Shown here: one piece after another, positions 20,508 to 31,232 of the stretch
Layout: each line of letters begins with the position of its first letter
Position numbering within the stretch: the first letter of the stretch is position 1
From: Naegleria gruberi
Taxonomy: Eukaryota
DNA length: 64,000 nt
Strand: one strand, 5' to 3'
Assembly (NCBI GenBank): GCA_000004985.1
Contig: GG738895.1
Translations under genes and position numbers: made by a program
Notes under the pieces: generated by a model
Told to the model about the DNA's origin: nothing
Databases searched by the model: none
Seen by the model: only the letters and a program-made list of their open reading frames with translations

Positions 20508-23084
20508 ATGCCAACTAAAATTCAACCATTCAATTTGCAACCAACAAGTTCAGAAACCAAGATTCGTTCCACAGCACAACTCTCCACACAAACATCGTGC
20601 TTTGAATTTACAAAGGAAGGAGGAGGAATTGCATCTTCTGATTATGATCCAGATCATGATTTGGAAGAACCACTCAATGGAGTGGAAATGACACAAACTA
20701 CATGTGCTCAATGTATTTCTATTCGGTTATTTATTATCATTCTGATGACTTCCTTGTTATTGGTGTGCTCTATTTTAATTTGGCTCACTGGATTTGTCAT
20801 GTCCCAGCAAGCTCTTAATTCCATGTCGAGTGAATTAATGGCCACCTATGGACAATCTATCATTCGCTTCATGGATGGTCAAGTAAGACCTTACATTGCA
20901 GCCACACACTCAGTAGCCGACGATTACAACATTGGACTTGTTGGAAGAGCTCCACCATTGTCCTATCTCTACAAAAAGTACTCGACCTTCAAACCATACG
21001 GTATTGGTTTGGTATTTGATGATGAGTTGAATACTTTCAATACTTTTGGTGTTCCACCGAATGAAGTAGCAGCTTACTACCAAACTCCAAAGGGACAACC
21101 AATTTTGAATACATGGAGTGTGAATACTACCAGCCCCAATGTCACAATCAATGGATTGTACAAGATTACCAGCAATTATCTCACCACAAAGCAAAGTTAT
21201 TGGATTACCGCCTTTGGTTTATTTGAAAAACATCCAGAAATGGAGGGCGTCTTTGGCTCTTCAATTTATTACGTGCCAGGGGGTGGTTACACCATGTATT
21301 ATTGTGCAAAATTGTATGATCCTTCTATTTATTTCAATACTGGTAATAAGGTGGTTGTTGGTGTGGCCAAGACCAATTTGGCTGTAAATATCATTCAGAG
21401 ATTCCTCTCAAAAGTAACCTTATTCGGTACAGGTTACTTACTTGTTGCAGAGGATAATGATTTAGTCATTGGAGGTAATATCAATACCACTGCTTTGGAT
21501 AAGGTCTCCCGTGTATCCATGTTTGATTTGGAAGATCGTGATTCTGGCAAGTTGATGCAAAAGATTTCGATCACATACGGAGATTTGAACATGGCCCCAG
21601 CTCACTTTGAAATGAACAGTGTGGGAGTTGATTATTTCATATCGAGATTTGAATTTCAATTATTGAACTTGCAATGGCATGTGTTCATGGTTCTGAAAAG
21701 GGATGAAGTTCAAGAAGCACTCAATATAAGTTCTGGTGTTTCGGTAGCTGTCACATTTATCATTATAATATTTGGTGTGGCAATCAGTTTTGCTATTGGT
21801 GTCATTATCACAAGACCATTCAAAGTTCTGGAACGTGAATTTGGAAAAATCAAAACAATGGACCTTGAACATGTAATGATTTCACAAAGCAAACTCAAGG
21901 AAGTAGACATTATATATGGATATCTCTTTGAAATGACAGCATGGCTCAATGAAATTAAGAGTTTCATCCCAGAGAGCGTCTTTCTCCAGCTAAAGAATGC
22001 CAAGCATGAGGAAACCAAACGAGTTCAACTTTTTGAAAAGAAGCAAATCAGTGTAACTGAGCTGCAATCCAAGAATAGTAGAAATTTCTCTGCTATTGGT
22101 TCACACTTTTCTGGTTTCTCTAGAAATTGTCCAGATCCAGGTGCATCCAACTTGTTCAAGATGGGTCTCAATGTGAAAAAGACTGCAGTGATTAGAATTA
22201 CACTTCCTGGGTTTTCCAAATCCTATTCGGCAGCTATCATTTCACACGTCTTTTCAAAGATTGTTTCTGGTCTATCTACCATTTCTAAGGCTATCCAAGC
22301 CGATTTTTCAATTAGCTCTGTTGAGGAATTCCAAATCATTGTGAGTGCTGATGAATCACCAAACAAAAAGACTATTAACATTCAAAGTTTGGATGCCGCA
22401 TTGAAATTCTCTAAATTGATTCAAACCATCAATGATACTTCCCAACTCAATATCAAGTGCTGTATTGGTGTGAGTGTTGGTAAGGCCAATGTTGGTAATT
22501 TGGGTTGTGCCAGTTTTAGATCATTTAGTGTGGTTGGTGGTATTTTAGAAAATGCCAAGCGCCTCAGTAAGCTGGCTAACTTGCTTAATTGTAAGATTTT
22601 GACAGACCCTGGATGTTTGGACTCTCAAACAAGACAATACTTTGTTTCCAGACCAGTCGAAAGATTACTTATGGAACCACCAATTTATGAAAACTGTCAA
22701 GCAACAGTTTCTGGATGCATTTCAACAGTATTCGAAGTTGAAAAGGAAAGATCAGTAGAAAGTGATGAATGGATGTATGAATTGCAACAACACAAGGCCA
22801 ACGAAAAGTTCTCTGATTTTTGCAAGTACTTTGTCTTTGATCAGGATTATTCACAATTAGGAAATTCATTACTGGTCGAAACTTTAAAGCAAACTGAACA
22901 ACAACTCAAAGATGAAGTGGAAATCCAATTGTCAGGTGATGTGATTGCTCTTCGGTTATTGAGAAGTATTCAAACATTTATTGGAAGATCTCACGATTTA
23001 GAAAAGCACCACGTGAAACTTTCAGATGCCTTGTTGAATTATTATACTAAACTTGATACTTCCATGTTAGAAGTATTTCCATAA
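20508..23084 (+). CDS. Receptor-like two-TM membrane protein with a degenerate class III cyclase-homology domain (pseudo-cyclase).
   Basis: Predicted TM at about aa 70-95 and about aa 395-425, flanking a roughly 300-aa extracytoplasmic domain. C-terminal domain aligns to the cyclase CHD: AVIRITLPGFSK vs AVLFSDIVGFT (first metal Asp is Leu), QIIVSADES, CCIGVSVGKANVGNLG, FSVVGGILENAKRLSK (Asn and Arg retained). Confidence 0.6.
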   Translation: MPTKIQPFNLQPTSSETKIRSTAQLSTQTSCFEFTKEGGGIASSDYDPDHDLEEPLNGVEMTQTTCAQCISIRLFIIILMTSLLLVCSILIWLTGFVMSQQALNSMSSELMATYGQSIIRFMDGQVRPYIAATHSVADDYNIGLVGRAPPLSYLYKKYSTFKPYGIGLVFDDELNTFNTFGVPPNEVAAYYQTPKGQPILNTWSVNTTSPNVTINGLYKITSNYLTTKQSYWITAFGLFEKHPEMEGVFGSSIYYVPGGGYTMYYCAKLYDPSIYFNTGNKVVVGVAKTNLAVNIIQRFLSKVTLFGTGYLLVAEDNDLVIGGNINTTALDKVSRVSMFDLEDRDSGKLMQKISITYGDLNMAPAHFEMNSVGVDYFISRFEFQLLNLQWHVFMVLKRDEVQEALNISSGVSVAVTFIIIIFGVAISFAIGVIITRPFKVLEREFGKIKTMDLEHVMISQSKLKEVDIIYGYLFEMTAWLNEIKSFIPESVFLQLKNAKHEETKRVQLFEKKQISVTELQSKNSRNFSAIGSHFSGFSRNCPDPGASNLFKMGLNVKKTAVIRITLPGFSKSYSAAIISHVFSKIVSGLSTISKAIQADFSISSVEEFQIIVSADESPNKKTINIQSLDAALKFSKLIQTINDTSQLNIKCCIGVSVGKANVGNLGCASFRSFSVVGGILENAKRLSKLANLLNCKILTDPGCLDSQTRQYFVSRPVERLLMEPPIYENCQATVSGCISTVFEVEKERSVESDEWMYELQQHKANEKFSDFCKYFVFDQDYSQLGNSLLVETLKQTEQQLKDEVEIQLSGDVIALRLLRSIQTFIGRSHDLEKHHVKLSDALLNYYTKLDTSMLEVFP

Positions 23085-23237
23085 AATTGATTGATTTTAA
23101 TGAGGCAACCTTTGAACGAAAAATAACAAGAAAAATTGTGTATTTTTTGCTTGGTGTTTGTGCCACAATTTTTCTTGTTTTACCTGAGAACACACTTGCT
23201 CTATGACCGAAGAAAATTGAAAAATCAATAGAAAAAA

Positions 23238-23618
23238 ATGAATACAACCTTTCCCTTCGAAATAAATTACACATCTTGTGGCAAAGATCATGTTTTTAAA
23301 TTGGGCAAAAAGTCAAATGTTCTAATAGATCTGCAAGATTTTCCCAGCTCGATGAATTTCCAACTCAGAGTCATCAATTTCACTGGTGGCTCCTCTCTTG
23401 GTCAAGTAATTTTTGGTGAACGAGAGTTTCATGATGCTGGTTTTCACTTGGTTTTGGATTTTGAAAAGATTTACAGAGTTTGGGTAGAGAACAGTGAGGT
23501 GAAGGTCGAGTTGGTGCTTATTTCAGAGGAAGGAGAGCAAAGAGTGGTTTCTGAGTTTTTGGGAGAGTTGAATGGAAGGGGTGGGATTAGAAAGTGGTGT
23601 TGTGGAAAGTGGCTGTGA
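23238..23618 (+). CDS. Small hypothetical protein (126 aa).
   Basis: ATG-initiated ORF in an intergenic gap with codon usage like its neighbours. No recognisable motif. Confidence 0.35.
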   Translation: MNTTFPFEINYTSCGKDHVFKLGKKSNVLIDLQDFPSSMNFQLRVINFTGGSSLGQVIFGEREFHDAGFHLVLDFEKIYRVWVENSEVKVELVLISEEGEQRVVSEFLGELNGRGGIRKWCCGKWL

Positions 23619-23841
23619 GTTTAGTTTTGTGAAAAAGATTGAGAAATTATTCGAAATTATTCAAAACAATCACCAATATTGAAATCGAATAGATTTAATG
23701 TAAAATACAAAATATCTTGCAAGCATTGATTTAAACATGCCTTAACAAGAAACCAAAACGAAACTTGCTAGTTTTAGAAATAAGGCGCCAAATTTTGCAT
23801 TTTCAAATTTAAAAAAAAATATAACAAAAATCTCGCCCTCG

Positions 23842-26421
23842 ATGAACAACAATTCCATCATTCAAAGTGATGATGTGGTGATGGAAAAACAACTCGATAA
23901 TAACAACAAAAATCTTCGGAATGAACAACAACAACAAGTAATAATTTCTCCTTCCGATAAAGATGATTGTGTTGTTGCTTCTTCTTCTTCTGTATCATCT
24001 GATAATAATACAACAACAATAGTTATTGGAAAATTGGAGGGAACACCTTGTGTGAATAATAGTAATAATAATAGTGGAAATATTGTGGTTGATCCGAATA
24101 GATTGTCACCTCATACATCATCACATCTCTCGATAGAATCGAGTCTTGAACAAAATATGGATGATTATATTGCGGATGATGATGGAAATGCATCGAATAA
24201 TAACAAAACGAAAAAACATCATCCAGTCGAATTTTTGACAAAACGAATGAAGAGTTTTTCAAATTCTGATGTTTTGAGCTTTTTCAAAAAACCATCACCG
24301 AGAAGTGCTTCACCAAATAATGTGCATGAAACTAATAGTTCGGAACTCTTATCTTCTCCCAGTGAAACAGAAAAGATTTCAACAACTCAACTATCAAAAC
24401 AGGAAAATACAATGTCAATTTCCTCTTCTTCTGTATCCTATCCTACTACCACCAAATTGATTCCACCAAAAGTGAAAAGAGAAAAATCAACAGGAAATAT
24501 CTACACTTCTTCATCTGATGATGAAATAACATCAACAATTCAACACCAGCTTCAGGAAAAGAAGAGAAAGAGTAGACAAATTCCACCACTACCTCTCAAC
24601 GAGACTAAGATAAAGAGAATTGCATTGAAAACCATTTACAACATGATGGTTCTTCAACCGAGTATTACAGATAGGGTTCTTCCTCTAATTTTGATAGATG
24701 TCAGATCTTCTGAGAAGGACTACATTTCAAAAGTTAGCCCAACCATTGGTCCCCAACACAATAGTCACAATAGTTTTTCTGTATCAGAAATGAGTAGCAT
24801 CCTTTCTTCCCAAATTGAAAGTGAACTTATATTCGATCAAATGAGGCCTCGATCAAGAAGTTCAGCTACTCCACCCACTCAACCAATAATTTCACCAGGT
24901 ACTCCCCTCGGTACAAAGGTGCCACTCCTCAATATTAGCTCTATCTCTCCAGACCAAAAATTTAAAGGTATTATGGGTAGCCCTAAATCAGGTTACAACA
25001 CTCCAGTGGCCAGTCCACTAATGAGTCCAAGAACTTCTTCACTCGGAATTTCTCAACATGTCCAATGGTCAATTCATTTCTATTTACCAGATCATATCAT
25101 TGATCATATACCAATTGATGATTTGAACAAGGAAAATGTAGCTAGTATAATTCACATGATTGAAACATCTAACACATGCATTGAGAAGGATTTGTACAAA
25201 GCCAGATTTGCTTGGAGGAAAATGTCAAATGTTGTTGTAATGGCTGGTAGCTCGAGAGATGAACACAGAGCCAAATGGCTCCTTAGAGTTTTACAATTGG
25301 AGGGGAAGTCCTATAATCTATACTCACTCCCACATGGTCTTAATTTCACTCATTTCGAAGCTAAATATCCCTTCTCCATTACTTCTTTCGATTTTGTTGA
25401 ATTTCAATTACCAACCCATATTTTCAAGAATATTTATTTGGCAAGTTATAGAGTTTTAACACAGGAACGAGGAATAGAAGTGCTCATAGCAAAGAGGTTG
25501 AACATTAAGAGGGTTTTGAATTGTGCAAAGGAATGTAAATGTGTAATACCCAACAAATTTCTCTCAGAGGACTCTCCAACAAAGCCAGTCCAAAATAGCT
25601 CTCAAACTCTCTCAAGATCAGAGAGCTTTTCCAAGACTGGAATTTCCACCTCTCAAACCCCAAAGATTTCCTATCTCCATCTTCTTCTTGATGATTTTGA
25701 TCCAAAGCACTGTTACTTTACCGCAGAACAAATGAAGGAAAGTGTCCTCTTCATTAATCAATCATTGAAAAACAATGAAAACATCTTGATTCACTGCCAA
25801 GAAGGTAGATCTAGATCAGTAACTATCATTTGCCTCTACATGATGATTAATATTGGATGGAAATTGTCATACTCATTGGAATTTATGAGATCTCAAAAGC
25901 CCACCATTTCTGTCCATCCAACCTTCCTTCTTGAACTTCAAGCCATTGAGGATTACATTAGTGACAAGATTGAAAAAATCAAAGGAAACAGCACTATTTC
26001 CAGTGATTCTCTCGACAACATGGAAGGAATGATAAAAGTTGATAGTATTCTCACCATAACAGACGATCCTGAACCTCCTGAAAGATACCTCCTCAAATTC
26101 ACACCACTGTACGAATATTCCTCCACCGATGATCTTTCCTCGGTCAGCACCAATGCATCCCCAAGAGTTTCACCTCGTCTCATCAGCAATAGAAAATTAA
26201 AGAAAAGCTCGGTAGACAAATTGAATGTCTCTTTAATTTTCAATAGGGCCAAAAGTGCCACACTATCCTTACCTGATTCTCCACTCCTTCTAGACCCCTC
26301 TACCTTATATCTTGATGATTCAGTATTGAGCACATTCTTGGATGAAATTGGACACAATGTCATTCGCCCATTCATTGAAAATTTATATTCATCCAATGAC
26401 CAATTACAGCAATTACGATAA
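23842..26421 (+). CDS. Dual-specificity (MKP-type) protein phosphatase with a long S/N-rich N-terminal region.
   Basis: Catalytic loop ILIHCQEGRSRSVTIICLYMM (HCx5R). Upstream rhodanese-like segment VLPLILIDVRSSEKDY. Confidence 0.75.
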   Translation: MNNNSIIQSDDVVMEKQLDNNNKNLRNEQQQQVIISPSDKDDCVVASSSSVSSDNNTTTIVIGKLEGTPCVNNSNNNSGNIVVDPNRLSPHTSSHLSIESSLEQNMDDYIADDDGNASNNNKTKKHHPVEFLTKRMKSFSNSDVLSFFKKPSPRSASPNNVHETNSSELLSSPSETEKISTTQLSKQENTMSISSSSVSYPTTTKLIPPKVKREKSTGNIYTSSSDDEITSTIQHQLQEKKRKSRQIPPLPLNETKIKRIALKTIYNMMVLQPSITDRVLPLILIDVRSSEKDYISKVSPTIGPQHNSHNSFSVSEMSSILSSQIESELIFDQMRPRSRSSATPPTQPIISPGTPLGTKVPLLNISSISPDQKFKGIMGSPKSGYNTPVASPLMSPRTSSLGISQHVQWSIHFYLPDHIIDHIPIDDLNKENVASIIHMIETSNTCIEKDLYKARFAWRKMSNVVVMAGSSRDEHRAKWLLRVLQLEGKSYNLYSLPHGLNFTHFEAKYPFSITSFDFVEFQLPTHIFKNIYLASYRVLTQERGIEVLIAKRLNIKRVLNCAKECKCVIPNKFLSEDSPTKPVQNSSQTLSRSESFSKTGISTSQTPKISYLHLLLDDFDPKHCYFTAEQMKESVLFINQSLKNNENILIHCQEGRSRSVTIICLYMMINIGWKLSYSLEFMRSQKPTISVHPTFLLELQAIEDYISDKIEKIKGNSTISSDSLDNMEGMIKVDSILTITDDPEPPERYLLKFTPLYEYSSTDDLSSVSTNASPRVSPRLISNRKLKKSSVDKLNVSLIFNRAKSATLSLPDSPLLLDPSTLYLDDSVLSTFLDEIGHNVIRPFIENLYSSNDQLQQLR

Positions 26422-26607
26422 CAGTATCATGTACAAACGAATATATTGTATTAATTTAACAATTATCACTCTCTGAAATACAATATTCATACATTAGAAA
26501 ATACTCTTCTCTCTTTTCCAAACGTCATCAACTGTCTCCAATCATCACTGCACACAAATTATTATAATTTCATTACCAACAACTAACAAAATCATCATCA
26601 ATAAAAA

Positions 26608-28631
26608 ATGTTTGGAATCTTCTCAGCATCATCTTCCATCAGTAGTGCTGCTACTGCTGCTGTTGCGGGAAGAAGATCCTACTATAAACAACATCAGGAA
26701 CAAATTCATCGTCATCATCAACGTGGCAAATTCCTTCCAACAAGAACAACAACAATTTGTCTCCTCCTTCTCATAATACTTCTCCAATTACTTTCAGAGG
26801 CAAATGTTGTTCATTCCTTGACCTTTTCTAAACGTTTTTGGAATGCCAATTGTACATCGGAGACGTATCTTCGTGATTGTGGTGAAGAATTAATTTGTGA
26901 TACAAGTATTGGAAAGTGTTCCTTCTGTGCCAATACAACACAATGTTCAACAGTATTTGGATCAATGAGACAATGTAGAAGATCAATATTGGCAGATCAG
27001 TTGCAGGATTTATATCCAAGTTTGATCACCGATCCGAGAGCTCCTATCCATGGAGGTGTTTGTTATCATAAGGATTTATTTCCACAATTTTCATATTTGG
27101 ATGCTATTGCAACTGTGATTTCATTCCTCGGAAGTGTCTTGTCAACAATGGCTGGAATTGGTGGAGGTGGTTTGATTGTTCCATTGATGGAAACTGCAGG
27201 TCAATTTCCTCCTCAAATGGCTGTTGGTATTTCAAAGACAATGATTTTTGGTGCTTGTAAGTACAGTGTTTGAATGATTTGTATTCGAGTTGAGTTGTGC
27301 GAATATTTATGATGATAATGATTGTGTGTGAAATAGCCATTTCAAATTTCATTGCTCTTTCATTGAAGAGACATCCACACGCTGATAGACCACTTATTAA
27401 TTATGATGTGGCACTTTTACTTCAACCTACTTCATTGGTGGGTGTCTTGGTTGGTGTTTTATTGAATAGTATGACTCCTAATTGGCTCATTGTCTTGTTG
27501 AGTGCTATTATTTTGACAATTGTCAGTTTGACAACATTTGTCAGAGCTGGTAGAATGTGGAGGGCCGAAAGTGCAGCCAAATTAGTTGGTTCAAACAATG
27601 GTTCATCTGCAAACTATCATCAAATTACAGATAATGGAGTAAATAATGATACTATTATTTCAGATGACGAAGACGAAACATTTGACAGACCAAAAAATAC
27701 CAACAATGAAAATGTATTGGAAACTTCCCTATTAGGAGAAGATGAATTGGAACAAATGGAACAGGAAAATATTGAAAAGGAGGAAAAGAAACAAATTGCC
27801 AGAAAAGTCTTACACAATGAAAAATCCACTCCATTCACAAAGCTTTTCGTTTTGGTTTTATGTTGGGTTATTGTATTTATTTTGACAATTGTCAGAGGTG
27901 GCCATGGTGCTCCAAGTGTTTTCCACATTGATCACTGTTCTGTTTGGCATTGGGTCTTATTTGCTGCCATGTTTCCAATAATGATTGCTGTTTCATATAT
28001 GGTTGGTGTCTATCTTGTTAGAAAACACAAAGAAAGATCAGCACTCGTTAGCCATGGATACAGATTCGTAGCTGGAGATCCTCACTGGAGTGTTGGAACT
28101 GTAATTCTCTATCCAGTTTTTTCTGCTCTTTCAGGAGTAATTGCTGGTATGCTTGGTGTTGGAGGTGGAATGATTAAATCACCAATGCTTCTCTATCTAG
28201 GATTGGATCCACTTGTTGCAGCAGCTACTGCTTCATTCATGATGTTGTTCACATCCTCAATTTCATCCATTCAGTTCGTTATTTTGGGAACTGTTCCATT
28301 TGATTATGGTCGTAAGTATTATTGTGTGCATAATTAATATTTATTCATTTATTATCATAATAATTTATTGCTACTTTAGTATGGTATTTCGTTTTTGGAT
28401 TATTGTAAGTAGAAATTGTAATGTTTTGTAATATTAATTGATTTTAGTGCTGGTATGGTTGGTCAGATATTGATGCATTTCGTATTCCAGAAAGGAAGAA
28501 AATCAGTGCTTGTCTTTATTGTGGCCTTTATCATTATTGTTTCAACATTATGCATGACTGGTTTTGGTATTTACAATGCTGTCATTATGTTGCAAAACAA
28601 TATGTATATGGGTTTCCACTCAATTTGTTAG
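26608..28631 (+). CDS. TauE/SafE-family (DUF81) anion transporter, four exons.
   Basis: Exons 26608..27256, 27337..28311, 28380..28404 (a 25-nt micro-exon) and 28448..28631. Introns begin GTAAGT, GTAAGT and GTAAGT and end in AG. The two characteristic GxGGG half-motifs are GIGGGGLIVPLM and GVGGGMIKSPML. The spliced reading frame is continuous to TAG. Confidence 0.6.
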
Positions 28632-28696
28632 ATAAATCTGTTTTTCTTGTTCATATTTTCTTAATTGAAAAATTATTAAATTTATAAAAGTTGAAA

Positions 28697-30636
28697 TTAA
28701 ATGTTAAAGGCATAATTGAGCTTGGCCCTTTCTAAGCAGGAATTATAGAGCAAAGATGATTCCTTTGCGTTCGAAACCAACTTACTAACCATTGGAATTG
28801 GAGAGGAAATATTGACAGGAGTTTCAGGAATAAATGGTGATTGGACAGTGTTTGTTGTTGTGTTGTTGGAAGAATCAATATCCTCCAATAAGGCATTTGG
28901 TATTATGTGTGATTGAACATCAAATTTCCATTTAGCAATTGTCTGTAAATTTTGATTCAATTGACCGAACCGTTTGTTAATTCTTTTGTATCTTTTCGAG
29001 AATTCATTCATCATTTTCAAACTATGAACAATTCCATTGAAATACTTTTGAAATTTCTCCAAGCAAAATATCGAACGAATGTCCATTCCATTAAGAATAT
29101 GGTGATGAAATTCTGCAAGAATATTCCCAAATCGGTTCACTCTATAGGTCATATAGATGGAGAGGTGAGGAAAGACAGCTATTGGGAATAGCAATGGGTC
29201 AAATATTTGCATGAGTTCATCAGCTCTATCAACTAGTGCATCAACCATTTCTCCCTCCAATCCAAGTGAAAAGAACACTGATGAAATACCAGATAAGAAA
29301 ACAAGTTCATGGAGTACGTGCTTCATCCTGGTATATTCCTCAGTGTACTTGTTTGGAAAGTTACGTAAGATTGAATTCATCATATCATTAACTTGCTGTA
29401 CAACTGTGATGGCAAGACCAGCATTTTGAGGATTAATTTCTTCTTCAATGCTTTTCAAATCAAAAGTATGATTTTCTCGATTGTATAAAGAAAATATGAA
29501 TACAATACTTGACATTACTCCATTACAACCTCTATCTTCCAATGTACATGCTTTCTGAGCCCTTATAAGTAAATGCTCAAAATCTTGAGCACCATCTCCC
29601 AAAATTCTATTCAAATGATTCAAATACGATTGAGCAACTTCGTCCTCGCCTTCTCCACCGTAATAATCACTCAATACTGCATAACTAATCTTTGTATAAA
29701 TATTGTAATCACTCTTTGTCAAGTATCTTCTAGATTCATGAGCTGCCAATTCGGCTCCTTTTGAATTAGCCAATCTCTGCTCACATAATGCTTGAATAGA
29801 GTACATCATTGACAGAAATCCAGTATTATCTCTCGAATCATCTTCATTCATCTCTTTCAACTTTAGTTTCATTTCCACATTGGTAATCAAAGAAAATCCA
29901 GGATCCACCACTTTATAAAAGAAATCAATAGTTCCAATTTACAATTATTTCTAATCAAATTATCATCCACTCCCACCAATTCTCTTCCTTTCAATATATT
30001 TACAATTTCATTCTTTGCATTCATATAGGGATGATACTTTCTAGATTCATTTGATTTCTTTACATTCTCATCATCACCATTAGTCAATTGAAATGTTAAC
30101 GCTTTTCTCTTTACTTTCTTATTTACTTCAGTATTTCCACCACTGCTACTACTGCTACAACTATTAGAAGAGGTGGAAACAGCGCAATCATTACTATTAT
30201 TCGATTCTGGTGAAGACTTGACAGAAGAGATTGGTCGTCCCCTCCTCTTTGGCTTCTCATAACAACAGGTTTTACCTCTCTGAGAACATTCGGAGCATGA
30301 TGGTAATGTCTTATCACAAAACAAATGCAAATGTCGACACGATTTACATGCTATGGAGTGATATTGTTGTTGGGCACTGGAAAGGCTTGTTGTATTATTA
30401 TTGATTGAGACTATTTGATTATTATTTAAAGTAGTGTTCCTCCTCGATTGTTGTTGACTTTCTGTTATTGTGGATGGAGATGAAAATTGCAAGTTAGTCA
30501 TGTTGTTATCTATTACTTGAGAAAAATTAGTTAATAATTGAATGGTTTTTTTTTGCTTTGTTTTACTTAGTGCTGGAAGAGATGGAATGTGCCAATGGCT
30601 TTGATGTGGTGAGGAAGAATTTGTGCGTGCGAGCAT
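28697..30636 (-). CDS. Zn(2)-Cys(6) binuclear-cluster (Gal4-type) transcription factor, two exons.
   Basis: CKSCRHLHLFCDKTLPSCSECSQRGKTC fits Cx2Cx6Cx6Cx2Cx6C. Exon 1 is 30636..29943, then a 32-nt GTAAAT..AAAG intron at 29942..29911, then exon 2 at 29910..28697. This joins the two overlapping track ORFs in frame, for about 635 aa. Confidence 0.65.
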
Positions 30637-30830
30637 GATTACTTTATTTGTATTCAAGAGGACAAATATGTGAAAATTGAAGAAATTTGTTGTTATTTGT
30701 AAAATTGGATTGCTGTGAATGCTTTATTACCAGTGTCTCTTTCAAATATTTTGTGTTTCGAACGTACATTATTGTTCCCATCTCTTGTTTTAAATTATTT
30801 GGTTTAAACCAATGCAAAAACAAAATGATT

Positions 30831-30902
30831 CTCCCATGCCGGGAATTGAACCCGGACCTCCTGGGTGAAAGCCAGGTATCCTAGCCATTGGACTACACGG
30901 GA
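30831..30902 (-). tRNA. tRNA-Glu (anticodon TTC).
   Basis: 72-nt cloverleaf with a 7-bp acceptor stem (TCCCGTG/CATGGGA). Anticodon loop CTTTCAC, T-arm GGGTTCAATTCCCGG. Identical to the copy at 40678..40749. A T-run follows the 3' end. Confidence 0.9.
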
Positions 30903-31232
30903 ATCTTGTTCATTATGAAAATAGTTCTCTTATAATATTTACAATATTTCTGTAAACAACAAATGACAAGACGCTATCTCAAGATTTTACAAACAATAGC
31001 CAGACACATTCGAATAAGTTTCCATGTGCGATTAATGAACGCTTTCTTTTATCACCAACTTTGTCTCTCAATCCTGAATAGAATTTGTTTCGATACTTCT
31101 CCCTTCCAATGAGCATCAAATTTAACCTCTAAAAAAAATAATTACGACTTCAAAGCACCAACCGATTTTTTATTGATTTGTGTCTCTTTGAATAACAGAA
31201 TCTTTTTATACAAACAAACAACATAACAACAA

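Noticed and set aside
26608-27273. Treating 26608..27273 and 27297..28337 as two separate small membrane proteins
   Set aside because: They are halves of one TauE/SafE transporter, each with a GxGGG motif, joined by an 80-nt GTAAGT..AAATAG intron.
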